From positions 4,704,001 to 4,768,000 of the forward strand of contig OZ220741.1 in NCBI GenBank assembly GCA_965116885.1: a DNA stretch of 64,000 nucleotides, written 5' to 3'. This document shows positions 28,595 to 38,501 of the stretch, piece by piece. Every line of letters begins with the position of its first letter. Within the stretch, counting starts at the first letter, position 1. The translations under genes and the position numbers were made by a program. Origin of the DNA: Candidatus Latescibacterota bacterium (GTDB taxonomy: Bacteria > Latescibacterota > UBA2968). A model generated the notes under the pieces. That model was not told the origin of the DNA and made no database searches. It saw only the letters and a list, made by a program, of their open reading frames with translations.

Positions 28595-30901
28595 TTACTC
28601 TCCCTTTCCCAAAACAAATACGGCACTCTTGGAAACAGTCCCCCCGCCATTCAGATCTGTCACCCTCACTTCAATCTGGTGGACTCCCATATCCAACTTC
28701 TCTGTCTCAAGCTCGAAATAGATCCGCTCAAAAACCTCGCTCCCAGTCCGGTCATAGCTCACCACCACTTCTGGTTTCCCGGCCGAGAGCAGTCTGCGAA
28801 ATCCCGAAAATACTGCACCAAACACCCCCAATCGCGTGCGTAAATCTTGGCGAATAGCATAGCTGATGCGATACTTCGTCTGTCCGAACCGATCCTTCTG
28901 CAGGTTGTAGATCTCATAGTACACATAGACCCCTTGATCATCCCGGTAGCTTCGACTCGGCATCGGAATCACCCACACGTTTCCCTTCTGAAACTTCTTC
29001 CCCTGAGGTTTTTCTGAAATCGACCATGCCAGTTCCAGATCGCTGATACCCAGAGAATCCCTATAAGCTGGCACCGTCACTACCTGTTGGTAGATACCCC
29101 ACTTGCCAGAGACCTGATCGATCAACTGCACGGCCACGCGATAGGTTCCCGATGGCACTTCCAGCGTGGCGACATCTGGCAAGAAGGTGCCCTGCTTGAG
29201 GGGCGATGATGCCGCCCAGGCGAACGGAAGCGCCTCTACATTCCGGTGTGCAACTTCGCCGGTACTATCGATAAACACGACTGTTCGCTCCACCTGGATT
29301 TGCGACAATTGCCCAACTTCCTGGACGGCCATCTGTTCGGGTGCAATGCCGTAATAAACCTCCACCGCGGTATTTTCTGACCTGCCGCGAAAAGTTGCGA
29401 GGTCGTAATAGAACGCCAGTGGTTCTACCCCTGGAGGCAGGGTGTAGCGTTCTGGCATTGCCGAAGACACGACTTGCAGGACATTGGCCGGATTCAATTC
29501 CGCCAACCGGGTCATTATATCAATCGGAAGATTTGCAGAAAGGGGAGGTGGCGCGAATGCCCATTGTCCATTTAACATTTGATCCGTAAACACAAACTCA
29601 ATGCCACCTCCCACCTGCGTATAGATCCACGATTCCCAATGTACCGTCGGTTCCAGGGCAACGTAAACACTATCTACCATTTCACTCGCTGATCGGTCCA
29701 GGGGAAAAACCGGCTCTATCAACGCTCTTCCGTGTGCAATTTCCCCTGGTATGGGCAGTGCTTCAGATTCTTTGTAAATGGTAAAAGCATTTCGCTCTTT
29801 AACAGCCTGTACCGCCACACTGGGAGGTGGGTTGGTCCGACCAGACCGGGACCTGTAGTCCGGTGCGCCATACCGGATATAAACCTCTCCGCGCTTATCC
29901 CAGGGCTGCACCTTATCGGCAAAATACGTACGCGCATACCACACTCGCCGATAGTGTTCCACTCGCCTTGCTCTTCCCGCTGAAATGAGCGTTGGATCTC
30001 GCTTGAGCCAGAATTGATCTAAAAACGCCTCTCGTTCCGACTCAGACAAAGACCTGTAAGCCGCCAACTCCTCTGGAAACGCCACCAGTGATAGGTCCTC
30101 ATATAAAGTCCGATTGCTGTCTGGAAGTATCCAAAAAAAGATCCGAAACAGGCCCAGTGCCTGATGCGCTTCCCCCTGAGCAGCATACGCCTGGGCAGCC
30201 AACGGCAGAAGACGCGCCTCATCTGGATGTAATTCCATCGCGGGTTCAGCCACGGCCAAAGCTTGTCCATAGTCCTGCTGCTCAACATAAGTCAACGCCA
30301 GCCTATAAGGGCCCTCTGAATCCTCAGGACGGAGCAAAATATAGCGTCTAAAAAGCTCGATTCTCCGCTGCTGTTCGTCGCTATAGGCGTCCCATCCCTC
30401 AAACCAGTCTGCATACCAATTTCCCAACGCCAAATAGGCTGGCGCGTATGTCGAATCGGCCTGGATGACCTCTTCTAATGCCTTTCCAGCATCGAAATTA
30501 CCCATCTTGAGGTACAACCGTGCGATGTTCATCCGAACTTCAAAAAATGTGGGATCGGCTCCCAATGCACGGCGAAAATAAAACAGTGCCTTCTCAGGCT
30601 GTTTGGGGCGTCTCGTATAGACCAGTCCCAGGCCGTTGAACGCCCTGGATGCCGTTGCACCCTGGATACCTTTTCGGAACGCCTTATCTGCCCGGTCCAA
30701 ATCTTCCGCATCCAAATAGGCATACCCCAACCGAACCCAGGCTTCGCGGTCCCTTGGAGAGGCCTGCACCATTCTCTCTAATGCCTTCAAAGAATCCGGT
30801 TCCTGAGCCAAAGCGACAATGGGCAGTGTAATAAAAATAGCACACAGATAAACGTTTTTAAACTCCCTGCACCGCGATTTCAACACTATCCTCCTCTTCA
30901 C
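28595..30901 (-). CDS. TPR + GWxTD-domain protein, paralog 1
   Basis: FLDQFWLKRDPT...EHYRRVWYARTYF...PWDKRGEVYIRYGAPD...WESWIY; signal peptide. Confidence 0.85.
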   Translation of the reverse strand: MKRRIVLKSRCREFKNVYLCAIFITLPIVALAQEPDSLKALERMVQASPRDREAWVRLGYAYLDAEDLDRADKAFRKGIQGATASRAFNGLGLVYTRRPKQPEKALFYFRRALGADPTFFEVRMNIARLYLKMGNFDAGKALEEVIQADSTYAPAYLALGNWYADWFEGWDAYSDEQQRRIELFRRYILLRPEDSEGPYRLALTYVEQQDYGQALAVAEPAMELHPDEARLLPLAAQAYAAQGEAHQALGLFRIFFWILPDSNRTLYEDLSLVAFPEELAAYRSLSESEREAFLDQFWLKRDPTLISAGRARRVEHYRRVWYARTYFADKVQPWDKRGEVYIRYGAPDYRSRSGRTNPPPSVAVQAVKERNAFTIYKESEALPIPGEIAHGRALIEPVFPLDRSASEMVDSVYVALEPTVHWESWIYTQVGGGIEFVFTDQMLNGQWAFAPPPLSANLPIDIMTRLAELNPANVLQVVSSAMPERYTLPPGVEPLAFYYDLATFRGRSENTAVEVYYGIAPEQMAVQEVGQLSQIQVERTVVFIDSTGEVAHRNVEALPFAWAASSPLKQGTFLPDVATLEVPSGTYRVAVQLIDQVSGKWGIYQQVVTVPAYRDSLGISDLELAWSISEKPQGKKFQKGNVWVIPMPSRSYRDDQGVYVYYEIYNLQKDRFGQTKYRISYAIRQDLRTRLGVFGAVFSGFRRLLSAGKPEVVVSYDRTGSEVFERIYFELETEKLDMGVHQIEVRVTDLNGGGTVSKSAVFVLGKGE

Positions 30902-30903
30902 TG

Positions 30904-31863
30904 CTACTCGGTTTGCCTCGGCGACCAGCGAGGCGCAGAGACCTCCATATCCACAGAAACTTCATGCAAATCCGTGCCATCGGCATTTATCATCATCAAC
31001 CTGTGTTCCAGGCCCCCCCTCTCAAGGCTTCGTCGCACTTCAAAAGCAATTCTTTGACCGTCGGGAGACCAGGTAGGAGAAAAAAAAGCCACTGAGGAAC
31101 TCGCACCCAGGGTCAACCGTCGCACCAGAGTCCCGTAGGAATCCATAGTATAAATCTCGCACTCAGGGAACTGATTCCGCACCTGTGGTTGGTGCCGATT
31201 TGATGCAAATGCAATGCGCGTTCCATCTGGCGACCAGGTCGGGTGAATATTCTGAACACCATTGAAATCCGTCAGCCTGACCCGGTTAGAACCATCTGAA
31301 TCCATGAGCAAAATGTCGATATTGTTCCCCTGACGCGATTGAAAAACAATCCTGCGCCCATCGGGTGACCAGTCCGGCGCTTCATCACTACTGGGAGAAT
31401 TTGTCAGATTTTGCAATCCTGTTCCATCGAGGTTGACCGTGTAGATATCCCATCTATCCCTATTATCCTTCTGCCCCTGAAAAGCGATCTTTCCACCATC
31501 GGGAGACCAGACTGGACCGAGGTCGGGACCTGGCAAATCAACCACCTTCTGTATGCCCCTATCCTCCAGATTAAAAATATAAATATCGAAATTTCCGACG
31601 GCATCTCGGTTTGAAGCAAATACAATGCGTCGCGCATTCGGTGACCAGGAGGGATTGGTATAGCCCCCCTGCTCGCTCGTAAGCCTCATCAACCCCTTGC
31701 CATCGGGACGCATCACAAAAATTTTAAATGTCCTGAAATCTCCCGGTCCCACAAACGCAATGCGGCCTTCAACAGTTGAATAATCGGAATCCAGCAGACC
31801 GGTGTTCCCAGCACAATGAAGCAGAGAAAAAAACAGAAGATACAATATCCACTGATGCCTCAC
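30904..31863 (-). CDS. TolB-like PD40 beta-propeller lipoprotein
   Basis: Repeated PxWSPDGxxIxF motifs; lipobox LLHC. Confidence 0.85.
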   Translation of the reverse strand: MRHQWILYLLFFSLLHCAGNTGLLDSDYSTVEGRIAFVGPGDFRTFKIFVMRPDGKGLMRLTSEQGGYTNPSWSPNARRIVFASNRDAVGNFDIYIFNLEDRGIQKVVDLPGPDLGPVWSPDGGKIAFQGQKDNRDRWDIYTVNLDGTGLQNLTNSPSSDEAPDWSPDGRRIVFQSRQGNNIDILLMDSDGSNRVRLTDFNGVQNIHPTWSPDGTRIAFASNRHQPQVRNQFPECEIYTMDSYGTLVRRLTLGASSSVAFFSPTWSPDGQRIAFEVRRSLERGGLEHRLMMINADGTDLHEVSVDMEVSAPRWSPRQTE

Positions 31864-31878
31864 AGCACACCTCCTGTG

Positions 31879-33183
31879 CTATGCTGGCGCACCAAATGCC
31901 AGAATCTTCTGTCGGTCGTAAATCAGCACCTCATCTCTTCCGTCCCCATCCATATCCAACACCATTGCGCCATATCCGATCCCATAATCGTACGCCCGAA
32001 ATCCCCGGATACGCTGTTTGGGCTGTTTGAAATCCTCTCGAAAGGGAAATTCCATCACCCGATTGCCATCTCCATCCATCAGAAACGGCCAGTAAAGATG
32101 TGTATCTTCCGGCTCGCTATGGTATGGCACATCCTCTTGTTGCCTCTTTAAAGCCGGGGCATAAATCACCAGATCCAGTCCATCATCCCGCCAGCCCCGC
32201 ACAGCATGTCGGGCGTATCCCACACCGGCTTTTTGCCACAGTGCCTGTCCATCGGGCGTATAACACGTCATCCCAATCCACTTTTCATTCAAAATCATCG
32301 TCTGTCCATCTATATCACTGCGAAAACGCCCCACCGTCGTATTCTGTGAATGCTCGTGCGGGCGTCTCCAGATCACCTCGCCCTGCGTATTCGCCACAAA
32401 AAAATCCCTGCTACCCGAATACGCAATCTCAATCTCCCCATCCCCATTCAGATCCACCGGATTGATATTGTCCGCATGCTCTGCCGTAGCGTTTTCCACA
32501 GGAATCGACCACAACAAAGTCCCATCGCTATCCACCAGATTATACCCGATCAACATCTCGTCGCACCCATCGCCATCCACATCGATCAAAATCGGCGCAT
32601 GCCCTGCCCCGTGATAATGCGGCGTCATCCACAACTCCGACAAATCGCTATCCAGAACATAAGTCGGATTGCCGTATTCATAAGGCGGATAAGCACCATC
32701 ATTGACTTTCACCACCAATTGCTGCCGCGTCGAATCGCCCCTCAAATTCCCTGCCTTCACCTGGGAAAAATTATCTGCCGGCAACTTCTTCTCCGCCAGT
32801 ATCTCGCCCGTTTCCCCGTCAAAAACCGTCAGCACATCCCACACAATCGAAACCACCTCCGCCTTCCCATCGCCATCCACATCAGCCGTGATAAAATCAT
32901 TGCCCCCATGTGTGCAGTATGGATCTGCCCCCCGATGCGGTTCGCCCACTTGCCACAGTTGGTTGCCCTCCTGATCAATCGCCGTAATGCAGAACAAACG
33001 CCGTTCCTCGTCCGTATTCCATCCCCGCTCAATATAGAGATCCGACTTCAACTGTCCCGGACTCTGCCGCAACAAAAACTCCAGCTTCCCATCCCCATTC
33101 ACATCCGCCACAACCATCTGTCCGCCAACACCTTCCACATCCAGTTCCCACAGCAACCGCGCATCTCCTTGTGCATCACCCAT
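31879..33183 (-). CDS. PL11/YesW-like FG-GAP beta-propeller; no signal peptide
   Basis: DVNGDGKLE, DVDGDGKAEV, AGHAPILIDVDGDGCDEM, EHAD, HSQ...GRFRSD, DMDGDGRDEV; resembles the C-terminal half of 22423-24411. Confidence 0.65.
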   Translation of the reverse strand: MGDAQGDARLLWELDVEGVGGQMVVADVNGDGKLEFLLRQSPGQLKSDLYIERGWNTDEERRLFCITAIDQEGNQLWQVGEPHRGADPYCTHGGNDFITADVDGDGKAEVVSIVWDVLTVFDGETGEILAEKKLPADNFSQVKAGNLRGDSTRQQLVVKVNDGAYPPYEYGNPTYVLDSDLSELWMTPHYHGAGHAPILIDVDGDGCDEMLIGYNLVDSDGTLLWSIPVENATAEHADNINPVDLNGDGEIEIAYSGSRDFFVANTQGEVIWRRPHEHSQNTTVGRFRSDIDGQTMILNEKWIGMTCYTPDGQALWQKAGVGYARHAVRGWRDDGLDLVIYAPALKRQQEDVPYHSEPEDTHLYWPFLMDGDGNRVMEFPFREDFKQPKQRIRGFRAYDYGIGYGAMVLDMDGDGRDEVLIYDRQKILAFGAPA

Positions 33184-33243
33184 AGTTGGTCTCCTTGTAT
33201 CTTTGCGTCCCTTGTCTGCGCTCTTATGTGGCTATCTCTTTTG

Positions 33244-33272
33244 ACGGGCGGGCACAGGGGCACCGCCCCTAC
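33244..33272 (-). repeat. GTAG-type REP-like palindrome, copy 2
   Basis: Exact reverse complement of 10976-11004. Confidence 0.8.
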
Positions 33273-33298
33273 GTTTGATTTTGATTTTTCATCTGCGT

Positions 33299-34912
33299 TC
33301 ATCTGTAGTTGCTTTTTTCTTCCACAACCACAACGCGATCAACCCCAACATCTTCCAACACCTGCACGCGCCCACTCACCCAGCGCACCTCAATTCGATC
33401 CACGCGACGCGCATTGCCCAGCCCAAAATGAAGCCGCAAATCGCTCGCAGACAAATAGCTCGACTGACTCCGAACCTCGCGCACCTGGATCTTTCCCCCC
33501 GCGCTCACATGCACCACCGCCCCAATCCCATCCCTATTTGAAAACCCATGTTCCTCTCCCTGCATACCTCCCCCTACCAGTTTTACAATGATCCAGTGTC
33601 CCGAGTTCTCAAATTCATTGCGGAACACCCGCGCACGCTGTCCCGAATGCAGTACCACCAGATCCAGATCGCCATCCCCATCCAGATCGCCAATCGCCGA
33701 TCCGCGACTCACCCCTGGTGTTTCAACCCCCGCATTGACCACCTCAAACCGCCCGTCCGCATTGCGAAATATTTGATCCGCCTGTAAATAGGATTCCGCC
33801 CTGGAAAACGCCTTTACATTCGGGAAAATATGTCCATTTGCCACAAATAGATCCAGATCGCCATCGTTGTCATAATCAAAAAAATGAGTACCAAAACCCA
33901 GAGGCAGCAGAGACGCGCCAGCAATCCCGGTTAGCGCGCTGACCTCTGAAAAAAAACCACCCGCCATACTTTGATAAATCGCATTGGTCTCGTAGGAAAA
34001 ATTCGTCACAAAAATATCTGATCGTCCGTCCCCATCTACATCCCCCACATCGACCCCCATCCCCGCCTGCGTCCGACCCTGTGCATTAAACGCCACACCC
34101 GCCTCTACACCCACATTCTCAAACCGCCCCCCCACATTGCGGTACAAAAAATTTGGCGTCGTATCATTCACCACATAGAGATCGGTATCTCCATCCCCGT
34201 CGTAATCCAGACTCACCACCCCAAGTCCTTTGCCCGAAGAATCTGCCACACCCGCCTCAAAGGAAACATCCGTAAATAGTCCATTCCCCTCATTCCGATA
34301 AAGCAAATCCGGCGCACCCTCAAAATAGCCGGGATCACAATACGTGCGAACACCCACCCGCTCGCAATGCGGCTCGGTTTTCACATTATACGTCAAATAG
34401 CGCACCACATACAAATCCAGATCGCCATCCCCATCCGCATCAAAAAAGGTGGCACCAGTAGACCACCCTCCACCCTCCACCCCCGCCTTCTTTTCAGCAA
34501 AACCGCCACGGCCATCGTTCTGATACAGCACATTGGCATCATAACCCGTCGTATAAAGATCCAGATCGCCATCATTGTCATAATCCCCAACCGCACACCC
34601 CATCCCATACCCCACCCCAGGCGCACCCGGCACAGCCGAAAAACGAAACCCGCCATCATTTCTGTACAACGCATTCTCACCACCCGTCTGCCCGTGTTCT
34701 CCATTGACAAAATACAAATCCAGATCGCCATCCCCATCCGCATCAAACACCACACAGCCCGACCCCATGGTCTCCAAATAATGCCAATTTCCCTGCGCGC
34801 CAGTCCGATGCACAAACGATATACCAGACGCTTCTGCGACCTCTACAAATTGCTCTGCGGCAACAGAACCCGAACATAAAAGCAAAAAAAGAATGCCAAT
34901 GACTCTAATCAT
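33299..34912 (-). CDS. CRTAC1 / ASPIC-UnbV family secreted protein
   Basis: ETMGSG...FDADGDGDLDLY repeats; SNRDGIGAVV...SSYLSASDLRLHFGLG...VRWVSG; start 34912 or 34924. Confidence 0.9.
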   Translation of the reverse strand: MIRVIGILFLLLCSGSVAAEQFVEVAEASGISFVHRTGAQGNWHYLETMGSGCVVFDADGDGDLDLYFVNGEHGQTGGENALYRNDGGFRFSAVPGAPGVGYGMGCAVGDYDNDGDLDLYTTGYDANVLYQNDGRGGFAEKKAGVEGGGWSTGATFFDADGDGDLDLYVVRYLTYNVKTEPHCERVGVRTYCDPGYFEGAPDLLYRNEGNGLFTDVSFEAGVADSSGKGLGVVSLDYDGDGDTDLYVVNDTTPNFLYRNVGGRFENVGVEAGVAFNAQGRTQAGMGVDVGDVDGDGRSDIFVTNFSYETNAIYQSMAGGFFSEVSALTGIAGASLLPLGFGTHFFDYDNDGDLDLFVANGHIFPNVKAFSRAESYLQADQIFRNADGRFEVVNAGVETPGVSRGSAIGDLDGDGDLDLVVLHSGQRARVFRNEFENSGHWIIVKLVGGGMQGEEHGFSNRDGIGAVVHVSAGGKIQVREVRSQSSYLSASDLRLHFGLGNARRVDRIEVRWVSGRVQVLEDVGVDRVVVVEEKSNYR

Positions 34913-34978
34913 TAATACCCCCATCCAATTGCGAAAGTATAGCTACACTCATCTGCGTTTATCTGCGAAAACGCTCAA

Positions 34979-35050
34979 ATGAACTGGCCTGGGGATGGTG
35001 TACAACGAGCCGCTTTTCAGGCTCGTTCACCGGCCAGTTGTACACCGCTC
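34979..35050. repeat. Nested pair of TGAAC..GTTGTACACC hairpin units
   Basis: Outer ATGAACTGGCC...GGCCAGTTGTACACCGCTC encloses an inverted unit GGTGTACAAC-GAGCC-GCTTTTCA-GGCTC-GTTCA (34997-35029). Confidence 0.8.
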
Positions 35051-36533
35051 ATTCGCGTTTTTTTTCTGCGGATGCTTTAGCCTTCATCGCCTCGGCCTCT
35101 GCTTTCCGTCCCACCCGACCATAGAGAACCGACAACTGGAGATACAATTCGCGCGGATCTTCCGCCCCCTCAATCACTTGATCGTACAACGCCCTTGCCG
35201 AGTCCATATCTCCCACCACCGCATGTGCCACACCCAATCGCACCAACAATCCCGCAGAATACGCAACCTGATCTGCCCTGGTCTGATATGTCGAAATACA
35301 CTTATTCAAATGTCCCGTCTTCGCCTGTGCCTGGCTAATCTGATCGTAAATATAGAACGCGGCATAAGCAATTGGATCCATAGCCACAATCCGCTCATAT
35401 CCCTCCACCACATCGCGCGACAACCCATCGGCACACAAAAACATATCTGCCCTGTGTCTCAATGCCTCGTCAGATACCATGCCCCCTTCACCCAGCGCAA
35501 AAGCCGCATCATAAGACCGCCGCGCCCGCTCTACATCTCCCAATGCCTGATAGGACTGTCCCAGAGCCAGATACACCACGGGGACCTCCGGACTAAACCG
35601 CCACGGCAAATCCGGATCTTCTACCAGAGCGACCGCTTTTCTATAAACCTCTATAGCCTTATCGTGATGCCCCAATCTCACAAACCTGTCTCCAAAATCC
35701 AGCAAATCAGCTACCTTATCAAATCGCACAGGCAACACATACTGATCTCGAACCGCGTGCCGGTGGCGCTCGTCAAAAAACTTAAACGCCTCCCACGCAT
35801 GTCGCGCCGATAGTGAATCGCCCGATACCTGATAAGCCTGTGCCAATCCATAATGACCTTTGGGATCTTCAAAATCGATTTTTGTCGCCCGTTTGTACGC
35901 AGATATAGCAGACGCATACTTGCCGTGCATCATCATGAGTTGTCCAATTTCTAAATGCGCCTCTTTGCGATCCGAAAACATGTGGACAGCCTTTTGAAAT
36001 GCCTCCAGCGCCTCGTCGTGACGCGCTTGCCTGACCAGCGCAAGACCATATCCGTAAACCGCCAGATCATCCGTCGGGTCTCGCTCTAAAACAGCCTGAA
36101 ACGCCGATTCCGCATCGGAATACGCCCCCGCCAATTCAGCCACAAAACCCAGATTTCGGTAAAACATTGTCTCATCGGGTCTTAGCGCGACCGCCTGCCT
36201 GAATGCCTCAATCGCCGGGCTGTAGTTCCGCTGAAAAAAATACACCACCCCGAGATCGTTATACGCTCCCGCATCCTCTTTAAGATGAATGGCCCGCCGC
36301 AAATTCTCCCCGACCTCTTGCAAATCGCCCTGCCGCGTCACAATCTGAAGCCATCCCAAAAATCGGTACGCATCCGCCGCTGTCGAATCGGCTGCTATCA
36401 CATCCTCGCACCGCACCATTGCCCCGTAATAATTGCCCTTGATAATATCGACCAGCACCGAGTCCATCTGTGATGGCTCAACATTTGAGACAAATAGCAT
36501 CCACGCCATTATCCCATAACCAAATCTTTTCAA
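35049..36533 (-). CDS. Secreted tetratricopeptide-repeat protein
   Basis: Tandem TPRs (AYNDLGVVY, AIEAFRQAVALRP, AHLEIG); TTG start after GAGGAG. Confidence 0.85.
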   Translation of the reverse strand: MKRFGYGIMAWMLFVSNVEPSQMDSVLVDIIKGNYYGAMVRCEDVIAADSTAADAYRFLGWLQIVTRQGDLQEVGENLRRAIHLKEDAGAYNDLGVVYFFQRNYSPAIEAFRQAVALRPDETMFYRNLGFVAELAGAYSDAESAFQAVLERDPTDDLAVYGYGLALVRQARHDEALEAFQKAVHMFSDRKEAHLEIGQLMMMHGKYASAISAYKRATKIDFEDPKGHYGLAQAYQVSGDSLSARHAWEAFKFFDERHRHAVRDQYVLPVRFDKVADLLDFGDRFVRLGHHDKAIEVYRKAVALVEDPDLPWRFSPEVPVVYLALGQSYQALGDVERARRSYDAAFALGEGGMVSDEALRHRADMFLCADGLSRDVVEGYERIVAMDPIAYAAFYIYDQISQAQAKTGHLNKCISTYQTRADQVAYSAGLLVRLGVAHAVVGDMDSARALYDQVIEGAEDPRELYLQLSVLYGRVGRKAEAEAMKAKASAEKKRE

Positions 36534-36545
36534 AATCGCTCCTCC

Positions 36546-38501
36546 TCAATACAAATGAATCCAATGCCCTCGTCCCATAAACCACAACACATCCACAGCA
36601 AACGACACACCAACCCCCAGCGAATATCCCGAAAGCAATCCCGTAAACAACGGGCGATACCGCCGATAAAGCGTCACACCGCCAATTTTCACAATTAAAA
36701 ACTTACACGCCCAGGCAATAAAAATGGACCACGTCGCTTTCGTAGCGCGACCGCTTCCCCCCACTGCAAACCCAATCGGATGCAACGGCCACCAGGGCAA
36801 GCGGTAGCGCAACACCGTCAACACCGTCATGCCCACCACACCAACCCCGAAAAATATGAGACGAGACGACGCAGGTCCCTGAGGACTTTGCATCATGCTC
36901 ACAGCCCGCGCAAACACACTATCGCGGCCATAGCGAAATGGAAACCCCCCAAAATTGTACGCGCCCTGTTCATAGCCCCATCCCAAGCTCAAATAAATAC
37001 ACAGGGGAATACCCACCAGCAGTGCCAACCCCATGCTCTTTCCCAGCCGCCTCTGATCGGTACCGGCCAGATCACCCATCTTTGCACTATTGGCCAGAGA
37101 CGACATAAACATGCCCTTGCCGTGGAAAAATAGCCCCTCTGTAAATGCCAGCGTCGTAATCGTACCCCCCGCCATAGACACCGACCCCAAACAATTGGTC
37201 ACCAATGTCTGCGGACTCACTCCCCATGCCAGATAGAGCAAACCACTCTCACACACCACCTTTGCCAGCCCCAAACACACCCCGTAGAGCGCGAGCAAAA
37301 ACAAAACCCCGATGTACCACTCAATCCCGGCCATACACAGCCACAACAAACAAAATCCCGACCCCAGAACCACCCCCAATACAGCTGTGCGGTAAGACAC
37401 CATTTCCCCCGAATCATCCACCCCGTACTTAGTATTGATCGCTTTTCTCACCACATCCCGCAGATGATGCCTCGCTGTCCACAATGCCCACCAGACCAGC
37501 GCGAACAACGCCCCCAGATTTTCCCATGCACTCGCCGCACCCGTTCCCGGTCCCAAATCCAGACCAATGCGGTTGAAAATCCCGTTCTGCGCCCAGTAAA
37601 CCAGATAAAAAAACCAGAGACTAAACAACACATCCAGATTGGCAAAATAGCCAAAGCCAATAATGTACAAATTGACCCGGTTGGTCATCGCGGGGAACCC
37701 GTCGATAAATACCAGATCTTTGCGCCCAAAAAAGTTGATACGGGGCCAGGCATCCCAGAAATACCACACAAAATTCCATGCCAAAAGGCCAAAACCCAAA
37801 ACAAATCCGAACCAGAACAGCTTGTTCTGCATCAGACCAGACAGTATTCCCCCCACGCCGTCATCTTCAATCAGATCGGACACCGGTGAAATCAGGGGAT
37901 AAACCAGACGCTCGTTTTCCACCCATTGCTTTCTCAGCATCACCGCCATACACAGCAGCACAAAAGTCAGCACCCCGATCAAACACATCCACCAGAATAA
38001 CGGCATAATCCAGACCGACCACGGTACTGAGTCTGAAGGTAGCCCCTCAAAAAACCCCTGCATGGCACCGCGCTCATTCAAAGGCGCCAACCACGAGGGA
38101 ATAGTCGGATGCAACAGAGCTTCCCATTGATTCTCTGGCGAGGCAAAATAATAAGGCGCAGCCAGCACTCCCAGGAAAAATCCCAAAAGACCGCTACCGG
38201 GAATATGTGCCCCAATCAATCCCATCGCAGCAACAGTCAAAAGCTCTGAACGCGAGAGCATATACCCCGGATAAATCCATTTCAAAAGCGGGTTCAAACC
38301 CAAAACCACAACCACAAACCACATGAAAAATCCCACGGGAAAGTGGCTCACGTTCATAGACGATGACCGCGCCACCGGCTCGGAAAATGTAATCACCGCG
38401 ATCTCTGCACAGACCAGCGCCAGGCCCAGCAATACAGCGCGGGCGGTCACGCCCCGACCAGCTGACTGAATCGCAACAGATGTATCAAAAGCCAGACTCA
38501 T
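36546..38501 (-). CDS. DUF6785/DUF6784-type membrane protein, paralog 2
   Basis: APYYFASPENQW, PLFWW, LRKQWVENERLVYPL, WWPLHPIG. Confidence 0.8.
   Translation of the reverse strand: MSLAFDTSVAIQSAGRGVTARAVLLGLALVCAEIAVITFSEPVARSSSMNVSHFPVGFFMWFVVVVLGLNPLLKWIYPGYMLSRSELLTVAAMGLIGAHIPGSGLLGFFLGVLAAPYYFASPENQWEALLHPTIPSWLAPLNERGAMQGFFEGLPSDSVPWSVWIMPLFWWMCLIGVLTFVLLCMAVMLRKQWVENERLVYPLISPVSDLIEDDGVGGILSGLMQNKLFWFGFVLGFGLLAWNFVWYFWDAWPRINFFGRKDLVFIDGFPAMTNRVNLYIIGFGYFANLDVLFSLWFFYLVYWAQNGIFNRIGLDLGPGTGAASAWENLGALFALVWWALWTARHHLRDVVRKAINTKYGVDDSGEMVSYRTAVLGVVLGSGFCLLWLCMAGIEWYIGVLFLLALYGVCLGLAKVVCESGLLYLAWGVSPQTLVTNCLGSVSMAGGTITTLAFTEGLFFHGKGMFMSSLANSAKMGDLAGTDQRRLGKSMGLALLVGIPLCIYLSLGWGYEQGAYNFGGFPFRYGRDSVFARAVSMMQSPQGPASSRLIFFGVGVVGMTVLTVLRYRLPWWPLHPIGFAVGGSGRATKATWSIFIAWACKFLIVKIGGVTLYRRYRPLFTGLLSGYSLGVGVSFAVDVLWFMGRGHWIHLY

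Noticed and set aside
32350..33591. 413-aa plus-strand ORF and similar long plus-strand ORFs across 11-42 kb
   Set aside because: They overlap well-supported minus-strand genes; the C-rich strand has few stop codons.
34409..34747. Identical 36-nt direct repeats (34409-34444, 34712-34747) suggesting a CRISPR or DGR repeat
   Set aside because: Both encode in-frame FG-GAP loops (FDADGDGDLDLY); no regular spacers, cas genes or reverse transcriptase.
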